In this document: in pieces, positions 53,307 through 64,000 of the stretch
Position numbering within the stretch: position 1 is the stretch's first letter
Layout of the letters: every line of letters begins with the position of its first letter
From: Octopus bimaculoides
Lineage: Eukaryota
Assembly: GCF_001194135.2 (NCBI RefSeq)
Contig: NC_068984.1
Location: 46,226,722 to 46,290,721 of the forward strand
Reading direction: 5' to 3'
DNA: 64,000 nt
Translations under genes and position numbers: made by a program
Notes under the pieces: model-generated
The model's input: only the letters and a program-made list of their open reading frames with translations
Databases searched by the model: none
What the model was told of the DNA's origin: nothing

Positions 53307-54334
53307 CAACCTCGGGTTCAGAAACATCAATAACTAAACACATCCNNNNNNNNNNGGGTTCAGAAACATCAATAACTAAACACATCCCATACTCCATCTC
53401 TTATATTTCAGACGCTCTGTCGAGGAAAACTAAATCGAATGTGTTTTTCATTTATAATACAGGAGGATATGATTTCAAAGTGGTGTGGCTGCTATGTCTA
53501 GCTGCTCCGTTGTTTCAATGTCACTATGTTGGTTTTATTTTGATAACGAGAGTATTTCATTTTGTTGTCCATGTTTTCAATGTCATTGGTGTTGTTAAAC
53601 CCGATAGCAGCTTTGACATGGTGGTGGATTACTTCTGCTTGAGTAAATCTTTTGCATTTCGGAACTCTCAAAGCACGCAAAGCTCTGTCCTAAATACGGA
53701 TATATAAATATTTAGCCAATTGAAACGCTCTATAACCAGGTATATTATCAAATACTTTCGTTTACACGTTCAACATTGTTTGCAGTGTGCATAGCATAAT
53801 AATGATACAAACATTAAAATCAAATATATTCATTTGCATCCTGCCTAGATTACATAATAGCACTCCTAAAACAGCACGTATTTTGGTTTAGCATCTAATT
53901 TTATTCTTATTCAAATGGGATCAATGCATGGATTAGTGGTTAAGATGTTCGTTATGCGACACCCGGGTTCGACTGCGTGGTATTTTGCTTTGATGAGGAG
54001 GTTTTTCCCTCTTTCTCAAAGGTTGTCATTACTTTTGAGACTGTACTTCTTGATACACCAAATATTTCGGCCGTTTTCGTTATACTAGCGCCTCCCAGAC
54101 GAGAACCAACAATTTGACCTCTGAAAATCTGATAGATCTGTCATTTTAATGAATTTTAATTATGTTTTTCTGATGATATCTGAAAAGAAACAGCAATTTT
54201 ATCAACACATATTAAGCAACACTAACAATAAATCCAAAAACATAAAATAAACAAGTTTTTGACGGTTTTATAGACATTCCAAAATTATGATGCTATGATG
54301 CTAGGTGTTTTCATTATTTTGTCCNNNNNNNNNN

Positions 54335-54530
54335 TGTACATACCTACATCTACATGTATATGTAGATGCATATCTGGGTACAGGCCGTTACAAACAAACG
54401 TGGACAAAAGGAAAAACAGAACATAAACACACACGCCATATAGAGAACAGTTCCTTCATCAGCGAAAACTAAGCGTTTCGAAGAGTTAGGGCAGGACGCA
54501 TTGTTAGAATGGCTCTTCCCGCGGTAACAA
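54335..54530. repeat. Interspersed repeat, copy 1 (related to 63215-63392)
   Basis: Shared blocks: TACATACCTACATCTACATGTATA, GATGCATATCTGG.TACAGG, AAACGTGGACAAAA, TAGAGAACA, TCATCAGC and AAAACTAAGCGTTTCGAAGAGT.AGGGCAG. Confidence 0.9.
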
Positions 54531-55430
54531 ATTAAATTTGTAGTGCGGAGGAATATCGTGGCGAACAGAAAACATGACAGGAAAACGAAGCAATGAAAAT
54601 AAACAAGGGCTAGTAAGGCCAAGACGTGAAACAGAGGAGGGTGTTTGCGTGTGTGTGCGTTTGTGTGTATAAATATCAAGGTGGCAAGTCGCAATTTAAA
54701 AATCAAAAGGCACAAGTACAGTTGTCCCTAAAGCGACTAAGTGTGCAAGCCAACACAAGCACTGCTAAAATTAAGTCGAAACAACTCTTTGCCACAGCCA
54801 AACAATTATATAGTGACTGACACGGGAAACAACCAACCTACAGCAAGCCAGAATATCAGGTCATCGATGATTCCGGATTGCATTAATGGTTATCAGCGAC
54901 ACTCATTCCATTGCCTAGGAATTAATTTAGCTCTCCTTGTTAATCTATAGGCAATGCCATAGGAATCAGTTGTTGATTGATATATATATANNNNNNNNNN
55001 NNNNNNNNNNNNNNNNNNNNNNNNNNNNNNNNNNNNNNNNNNNNNNNNNNNNNNNNNNNNNNNNNNNNNNNNNNNNNNNNNNNNNNNATTCCATTAAAAA
55101 GACACCACCGTCGAGGATTATGGCAGAATATTATTCTATTAATGAAATAAAAGTAAAATTGGCCTTGGGAATAAAAGATGTAACTTAAGCCAACGACAGT
55201 GAAGACATTTTGAAATATTCACCGATATTTTTCAGATATACTTTACCAGTACACACATACACACACACACACACACACGCACACACACACACAAACAAAC
55301 AAACAAACAAGCATACATATACAAGCACACTCCTAATAACACCCACATCCGACACAAACGGGCACGTACGAACACAAACAAATGTACATGAATAAATAGG
55401 GGAAAAGAAAACACTAAAAGCATATCGTAC

Positions 55431-55490
55431 GAGATAAGTGTCACAAGTGATAAGTGTATGAGATAAGTGTAAGAGATAAGTGTACGAGAT
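55431..55490. repeat. Short minisatellite, GAGATAAGTGT(A)-like, about 4 copies
   Basis: GATAAGTGT recurs four times within 60 bp. Confidence 0.8.
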
Positions 55491-56791
55491 CGTATCATCA
55501 CATTGTTTGAATCCATTTTACTTGGGTTTCGTCGGATGTTTAGCTTTAGAATGGAGAAGAATATACATGAATTCTTCGGTCTCCACAAAGATACTGAGCA
55601 CCAGATGAGCTAGACATTGTTCTCCGCTTACGAAACTTCAAGTAATGGAAAGTTAAATTAACTCTTAAAATAATAAAATATACCCAGAGCCGTCCTCCTT
55701 TCTCCATACAAAAAAAAAAACAAAAAACAAAAAAGAACAAAGTATTTTTCCTTAAACAACATGTCAACTACACTGAAGTCTTGCATCACGAGAATTTCTA
55801 CCACGAAAATTTTCACCAGGCATTTGTTTACCTTCTCTCAGTTGGAAGATAAATGCAATAAAACAAAAATTTGTCGAGCATGGTATGCAATATAATTATA
55901 TTTGTCTTTGTAACATGGTAATGCATGGCAGTAGACAGTCAAATATTTCTTTATTTCATGTTAGGTACAACTGGGTGGCAAAAGTAACTTCTTGCAATGC
56001 TCTGGAGAGACTGATGACTTGTCTGGGAAATTCGAAGACAAAAAATATTGGGAATAGCCGTTGTATATGAGTATGCATGTGTGCGCGTGAGTGTGTATGT
56101 GTGTGTGTATATTTGTCTATGTGTACCTGTTATACATATATATGCATATGTGTGTCTTTGAGTTTGTCCCATACCACCGCTTGAACAAGAAGTATATATA
56201 AATAAATATACAGGATTCAGGTCGATGTATTTTTACACAAATTCTAGAAGAATTGATAAAAACCCGGATCTAGTGCCTACCACACACTAGTGTACAGTTG
56301 AAAGCCGATATTAGTATGCGTGTGTGTGTGTATGTATATATACGCACCGGACTTACATATGGATATGCATATGTATATACACATGCATATGCTCATTTAA
56401 ATATACACGCACACACACATATAGAGAGAAATGCAAATGCGTCAGTGATTGAATAATGATGTAAATTAAATATGTGATAACATATATGAGATATATGCCC
56501 AATCAGAACACATACGGATACCGTTAAAGTTCTCTGTATATGTAAATGGACTCAGTGATGATATCATAGTATGTTTGAATATCAAGTATATATATNNNNN
56601 NNNNNTATATTTAAAATACATACATATTTTTGTGTATACATATATATATATATGGGTTTGAATGTATATGCCTATAGGTTTATGTTGGTACATATATATA
56701 CACAAATATATCTATTTAATATATAGTGCTGACAGTCATATATATGTGTGTGTGTATGCACACACACACATTCAATTTCACTTAGACACAT

Positions 56792-56852
<61 letters not shown>

Positions 56853-57469
56853 GATAGCATAAACAGTACCAGTTAATTATTTTTAGTTATATATTTCATC
56901 CAAATATTAATACTTTAAGCGTATACCATCTAGGATAATATAAATATACGCATGAAAAATAAGCGTACAAAACAAAGTCAGATGAAATTCTGAAAATAAG
57001 TGTAAAGCAGATTGGATCGATAAAAGTAGTAGTAGTAGTAGTGGTAACAAAAACAACAACAACAACAACAGCAATAACAACAATTAATCAAAAATACTAA
57101 AGAAAGTAAAAATATCATACTTTGCGTAGAAATAGAAATGTTTATTAAAAGATGGACATATTGAAAAGAAAGATAAAATGGAAACAAAAAATTTCCAACA
57201 TTAATCACTACAATTTCTAAATATTTATACAGGCATCAGATTTTCCATGGACACACATATATGCATGCATACATACATGCATGGATACATATGCACATAC
57301 AATCGTACATGCAAATATATACAATATATATATATATGTTTAAATTGGAATATATATGAATTCGTTGATATACATATGTGAATATTTATTTAACGTAAAT
57401 ACACACACGTACATACATACTTATATATATGTTTGTGTGTGTATATATGTATATATATATGTATGTATG

Positions 57470-57510
<41 letters not shown>

Positions 57511-58345
57511 NNNNNNNNNNNNNNNNNNNNNNNNNNNNNNNNNNNNNNNNNNNNNNNNNNNNNNNNNNNNNNNNNNNNNNNNNNNNNNNNNNNNNNNNNN
57601 NNNNNNNNNNNNNNNNNNNNNNNNNNNNNNNNNNNNNNNNNNNNNNNNNNNNNNNNNNNNNNNNNNNNNNNNNNNNNNNNNNNNNNNNNNNNNNNNNNNN
57701 NNNNNNNNNNNNNNNNNNNNNNNNNNNNNNNNNNNNNNNNNNNNNNNNNNNNNNNNNNNNNNNNNNNNNNNNNNNNNNNNNNNNNNNNNNNNNNNNNNNN
57801 NNNNNNNNNNNNNNNNNNNNNNNNNNNNNNNNNNNNNNNNNNNNNNNNNNNNNNNNNNNNNNNNNNNNNNNNNNNNNNNNNNNNNNNNNNNNNNNNNNNN
57901 NNNNNNNNNNNNNNNNNNNNNNNNNNNNNNNNNNNNNNNNNNNNNNNNNNNNNNNNNNNNNNNNNNNNNNNNNNNNNNNNNNNNNNNNNNNNNNNNNNNN
58001 NNNNNNNNNNNNNNNNNNNNNNNNNNNNNNNNNNNNNNNNNNNNNNNNNNNNNNNNNNNNNNNNNNNNNNNNNNNNNNNNNNNNNNNNNNNNNNNNNNNN
58101 NNNNNNNNNNNNNNNNNNNNNNNNNNNNNNNNNNNNNNNNNNNNNNNNNNNNNNNNNNNNNNNNNNNNNNNNNNNNNNNNNNNNNNNNNNNNNNNNNNNN
58201 NNNNNNNNNNNNNNNNNNNNNNNNNNNNNNNNNNNNNNNNNNNNNNNNNNNNNTATATATATATATATACACAAATTTGTGTGTATGTACGTACACGCAC
58301 TTGTTTGTGTGTGTATTTCCATAATACTCATGTGTGTGTGTGTGT

Positions 58346-58380
<35 letters not shown>

Positions 58381-58804
58381 TGTGTGTGTGTGCATGGGTA
58401 CGCATCAAATGTGACAGCAATACAGAAGACACCTAAAATTTATTAGTAATTAGATTCAACATTAATTTACACTCACATTTTTCACACGTACACACTTATA
58501 CATAAACAAATATATGCGTATATATGTATCCATATGTGTGTGTATATGTGCATGGGTATCTCTGTGTCAGTGCGTATACATTTGTGTAGCGCATATTCAC
58601 ACAATCTTCTTCGTCATTAAGTGATGTGTATGCCGTTATTGTTGACGTATGTGTCTTGATGACGAGATTTGCTTTTATACCATTCCTTTGCTTTTGAATG
58701 AAACTTCATGTAACACCGCCATTCATGTGTAGACCAACCGTATAAACAAATAATTATTTATTCAAAAAGACAGCGATTCGCACTAACAAACATGCGTACA
58801 TACA

Positions 58805-58847
<43 letters not shown>

Positions 58848-59404
58848 NNNNNNNNNNNNNNNNNNNNNNNNNNNNNNNNNNNNNNNNNNNNNNNNNNNNN
58901 NNNNNNNNNNNNNNNNNNNNNNNNNNNNNNNNNNNNNNNNNNNNNNNNNNNNNNNNNNNNNNNNNNNNNNNNNNNNNNNNNNNNNNNNNNNNNNNNNNNN
59001 NNNNNNNNNNNNNNNNNNNNNNNNNNNNNNNNNNNNNNNNNNNNNNNNNNNNNNNNNNNNNNNNNNNNNNNNNNNNNNNNNNNNNNNNNNNNNNNNNNNN
59101 NNNNNNNNNNNNNNNNNNNNNNNNNNNNNNNNNNNNNNNNNNNNNNNNNNNNNNNNNNNNNNNNNNNNNNNNNNNNNNNNNNNNNNNNNNNNNNNNNNTG
59201 ACCATCGTGTCTTCTGTTTCCTGGCTCCCGTTAAATATCTTGAAACAATTCTTACAAGCTCATTTGATATTTAATTATTTATTAGGCCTCATTTTCCACC
59301 AAAAATCCATTTGAACAACACTGATAGTTTTAAGAAAGAAATGGCTCATCTCACCTATTTCCAAGGGCTTTTGTTGAACAAACAGAATACAGGAGTTATT
59401 TTTT

Positions 59405-59480
59405 AAAGCCTAATTGTTACTTTATCGGCCTCGCTAAGTTACCGGTTGTCAAGCGGTGATTGGGGGGACAAACACAGACG
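59405..59480 (-). mobile_element. 3' fragment of the long CORE-type SINE
   Basis: CGCTAAGTTACCGGTTGTCAAGCGGTGATTGGGGGGACAAACACAGAC parallels 25170-25250. Confidence 0.6.
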
Positions 59481-60221
59481 CAAAAAGTCTCAAAATATTA
59501 ATGAGTGAACGAACACAGACACAGATATATGTTACATGCATCCTCACACACACACGCACACACACACATAGACATGTATGTATTTGTGTATTTATCCAAC
59601 GTATGTACACATGTACGTATACATTTATCTATATTTATATAATATATATTTATATTCTACATGCATAAACACAAACGCACAATATACATATAAACATATA
59701 TATTTGCATACATACACGGTCACGCGCACATACATATATATTTAGTGAGTTAGATGGCTACATAGATAGAGAGATTGATGTATATATTGATCTGTATAAG
59801 ATGGAATTCTGCACAGTTTCTGAATACTGAAACGGCTTGCAAGTATGCTGTAGTAACGTAGAATCTTAGCCATATAATTTCAGTAACACAAAAAAAAAAA
59901 AATCATGTCAGCATGCAAACAAATTTATGAAGCATTCAGATATAAAAATGCTCACCTATGCAAACACACGTCATGCCACTCTTGGTGTTCGCTCGTCCTG
60001 CTATAATTACAACAAAATTTGTCTTAAATGAAAGTAATGAAAGCCATTTTAATATAAAAGTCTCGTTGGTCAACACCTGAGCGCATTTGATAACCTGCCC
60101 AATTAGTTTGACCAATGGATAAATACCTACTACATGCATATATACATACATGTGTGTGTGTATGTGCATGTGAGTGTATTAGTGTATGTGTGTATGTGTA
60201 TGTATTTGTGTATGAGGGATC

Positions 60222-60475
60222 ATGGCGCAGTGGTTAGAAACATTCCTCACGAGCACACGATCTTGATATCATTTCCTGGACCGGGTAGTGAGCATAAACA
60301 TCATCTCATGTTGCCCTCCGATCACTTTGACACCTGACATGTGGGACATCGTGCAGCTGTTTAGGCAACGTCAATGAAATGGAGTGAGTGAGCTGATGTA
60401 CAGCGCACTCATTTGATCACCTTAAACAAATCGTATGTGCATGTTGTTCAGCAAGAAATCGCATGGCCCTCTTTC
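60222..60475 (+). mobile_element. tRNA-derived SINE of another family, degenerate
   Basis: A-box TGGCGCAGTGGTTAG followed by a GC-richer body; the B-box is decayed. Confidence 0.55.
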
Positions 60476-60488
60476 TTACAGACTACCA

Positions 60489-60532
<44 letters not shown>

Positions 60533-61223
60533 NNNNNNNNNNNNNNNNNNNNNNNNNNNNNNNNNNNNNNNNNNNNNNNNNNNNNNNNNNNNNNNNNNNN
60601 NNNNNNNNNNNNNNNNNNNNNNNNNNNNNNNNNNNNNNNNNNNNNNNNNNNNNNNNNNNNNNNNNNNNNNNNNNNNNNNNNNNNNNNNNNNNNNNNNNNN
60701 NNNNNNNNNNNNNNNNNNNNNNNNNNNNNNNNNNNNNNNNNNNNNNNNNNNNNNNNNNNNNNNNNNNNNNNNNNNNNNNNNNNNNNNNNNNNNNNNNNNN
60801 NNNNNNNNNNNNNNNNNNNNNNNNNNNNNNNNNNNNNNNNNNNNNNNNNNNNNNNNNNNNNNNNNNNNNNNNNNNNNNNNNNNNNNNNNNNNNNNNNNNN
60901 NNNATATATATATATATATATATAAGGCAAGAATAAGTCAAATGAGACGCATGATAGAAACAGTCGGTTGCAAAATTCATCAAGTCATGAAATAGTTATA
61001 CAAAAGTGAATATAAATAGGTAGACATTCAAATATGTCAATATGTATTCAAATGTAATTAAAAACGTACAACCTACACATGCAAGGACATTTATGGATGC
61101 GCACGTGTATACATATGTTTAACTGAAAGATTGATGGGCAGGCAAAAAACTTGGACGTCACACTTCCCTATCTGTAATGTTGAGAGCAGTAAGTATTTCG
61201 TTTTTGATAACACTATGACATAC

Positions 61224-61350
61224 CTCGCTGCTAAAGTAACAAAACAAATATTTAAAACTTCGGACGATATGGAAGTCAGAGCTGTTCATATTCAAAAATA
61301 TAGCATGTAAAATCGCGTTTGCAGCGTTAATACTCGTACCAACATTTCGT
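61224..61350 (-). CDS. Candidate internal exon (RNVGTSINAANAILHAIFLNMNSSDFHIVRSFKYLFCYFSSE)
   Basis: Acceptor tcttccttcaagtatcttgcag|A and donor GAG|gtatgt. 127 nt with one open frame (phase 2 to 0). Only a faint resemblance to a VWA-domain helix-strand. Confidence 0.22.
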
Positions 61351-61458
61351 CTGCAAGATACTTGAAGGAAGAGATACGCAGTGGACATGAAAACTAGAAA
61401 GATTAAATCATCATTAGTCACTTTCCCATCAAAAGTAATACTCACAGAATGATGGTAG

Positions 61459-61517
<59 letters not shown>

Positions 61518-61561
61518 NNNNNNNNNNNNNNNNNNNNNAGAGAGAGGGAGAGAGAGAGAGA

Positions 61562-61595
<34 letters not shown>

Positions 61596-62326
61596 AACAG
61601 AGACAGACACAAGATACATAAGGTCAGTAAATATGGCCTTTGAGTGCGTCAACATATCACTTACACAATACCTACTGGACTGTAATACGGAAGAAGTGGG
61701 TATACAACGTAAAATAACATCTTAAGTGAAAATCTTTCGAGTGTACACAACAGTTCTAGTGACTGGGGGGGGGGGTGTAATCGCCTAAACTGAATCATGA
61801 CTGAAAATAACTCATCGTGTTAGCAGGAAGTTATGCATGGATATAATATTCCGCAGGCTATAGAGTACCTTGACATTCAGATAAAAAGAACCATCTGTTC
61901 TGAACTTGTGATAGATAAATCACATCCCACACAGAAGCTATTCCTCTTCGTTACTTTGGAAGAAGTTATAGCTACTAAAGATCTGATTGATGAAAAACCG
62001 ATTAGGAGACCTCCAATATCTCCATGTTTTGATCGAACATTTCTATAATAACATATCAAAGTAGAATATATCGCCCACATCGTCAACTGTACCCAAAATG
62101 TCAGAAATGTACTTCTTTCACATGAAGCCTAACGTTGTTGCCAAAAGTGATTACAATACTATGTAGAAACGGTACAGAAAATCCACGGTATTTCCCCGCT
62201 TTCATAAATATAGCACACCGTTGAAACATTCAAATGAAAACAGCAAATCAGTGCAAATACCACAGATTTGATTTTATCATGCACTCTTGTTGAGGTTAGA
62301 TTGCCAAAGAATATCTCGTGTAAATT

Positions 62327-62329
<3 letters not shown>

Positions 62330-62392
<63 letters not shown>
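62330..62392. repeat. (AAT)n microsatellite
   Basis: Direct observation. Confidence 0.97.
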
Positions 62393-63138
62393 GCCTCAGG
62401 AAGAAAGAGGAAAGCGAAAAGAGGTAACATTTATGATCGATCAATACGGAAATTACAGCGCATGAATCCAGGTTAAAGATTTTCATTTATGCCTGTTATT
62501 ATTAGTACTCTGAGATATGTCACAACAGAAAACAAAAAATCTAGATTAGAATAAAATAATACAAAGCCAAACAAAACCCACCAGAAAAATGAAAAGCAGC
62601 AAATGGAAATTTTAAGGCTTTTTACGAAGGGACAAAGAAGCATTGTTGGCATCAATCAAACCGATTAGAGATACAATGAAGAATCATCATTTCAGATACG
62701 GTGTGCATATGACATATATGCACATGCACAGAATCGATGCACTGCAGGCACATGTACAACCATTGCACGACTGCAAATATTATAAGGGCATTTACCGACA
62801 TAAATGGAAGATACATACAAATATTCAAAAACGTTGACCTGTCATTTCTCAAACACAAAATAGATGTCATTCTCTTACTGACGGTTTAAAATTTGAAAGG
62901 AAATCAAACAAACATAACTACATACATCCACATATATATAAATATACAAGCACACGAAGAGAAACACTCACATAAATGCAAAAGTGTGCCTTCAGATACA
63001 TCACAAATTTTTAATTTCCGAAGTAATGATCTTGTTTATGGTTTAGAAAGTGGCAGAACTACATAGTCAGATATTGTAAAAGGAAATCCAGTAGAAACGC
63101 GCGCGCACGCAAACATGCATAATCGTTCAAGTTTTAGG

Positions 63139-63170
<32 letters not shown>

Positions 63171-63214
63171 ATAATACAAATAATGTGTGAGTATATGCAT
63201 ATATACATACATGT

Positions 63215-63392
63215 ATGTACATACCTACATCTACATGTATATATATAGATGCATATCTGGATACAGGACGTTGCAAAAAAACGTGGACAAAATGATAAAC
63301 GGAGCACAGAAAACACACAGGCCACATAGAGAACATTTCCGTCATCAGCTGCCACCAGTCTAAAACTAAGCGTTTCGAAGAGTGAGGGCAGA
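63215..63392. repeat. Interspersed repeat, copy 2 (related to 54335-54530)
   Basis: Colinear blocks as listed for copy 1; truncated by a (TA)n tract. Confidence 0.9.
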
Positions 63393-63399
63393 TATATAT

Positions 63400-63484
63400 A
63401 TACACACACGCACACATATATATATTTATACATATACATATATATATTCACATATACATATATATACATACACATACATATATT

Positions 63485-63568
<84 letters not shown>

Positions 63569-63610
63569 CATACATACATACATACATACATACATACATA
63601 CATACATAAA
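63400..63610. repeat. (TA)n/(TACA)n microsatellite complex
   Basis: Direct observation. Confidence 0.95.
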
Positions 63611-63859
63611 CATGTATGTATGTATGTATATATGCATATATCCAAGAATATATAACAACATATTACAATCACTCATGACAAGAAACAGAGGAATATTTAG
63701 GCGGATGAGAGTTTACAGTGTTTATAAATGGGGGGATACCCTGTAATACACATACACAATAGTACAATATATGATTATAACTGGAAATACAGAAGATTCA
63801 CACTGACATACATTTACCACTCTTACTTCCGCTTCTTTCTTTGCATGCACACCCACACA

Positions 63860-63910
<51 letters not shown>

Positions 63911-64000
63911 ATGATGCATTATGCGCCTTTCAAGGTTAGTGATACATACATATATAAATACATATATATGTAAGTGTATGTAAATATATATATATATGTA

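Noticed and set aside
53314-53387. Perfect 32-bp direct repeat GGGTTCAGAAACATCAATAACTAAACACATCC around 10 Ns
   Set aside because: It flanks a 10-N placeholder gap exactly, so it is most likely an unmerged contig overlap (assembly artefact).
55961-56060. Possible terminal exon VQLGGKSNFLQCSGETDDLSGKFEDKKYWE* after a strong acceptor
   Set aside because: No homology, no linked upstream exon and no clear polyadenylation signal.
61833-62048. 71-aa non-repetitive ORF
   Set aside because: No recognisable motif or splice context, and the length is within chance expectation.

Overview
AT-rich, repeat-dense eukaryotic DNA, intronic or intergenic, with 25 N-gaps that nearly all abut microsatellites. 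The interspersed repeats match my recollection of octopus (coleoid cephalopod) families. The taxon is an inference, not a search result. I could not establish a protein-coding gene. Almost all ORFs in the supplied track are translations of (TA)n/(CA)n/(GA)n tracts or N-runs. A few short segments have plausible splice sites and an open frame, but none has recognisable homology. What the sequence does support: about a dozen tRNA-derived SINE copies or fragments; a Tc1/mariner-like MITE containing two SINE insertions, each with its own target-site duplication; a hAT/Charlie-like MITE with an 8-bp CTAG-centred TSD; a Penelope GIY-YIG fragment; decayed RLE-type, RTE-like and L1/Tx1-like LINE fragments; a 217-bp foldback with two alternative right arms; and many micro- and minisatellites. 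The most interesting unexplained signals are two pri-miRNA-sized hairpins in apparently unique sequence (30229-30303 and 7801-7867). I found no evidence for a multi-gene novel system.
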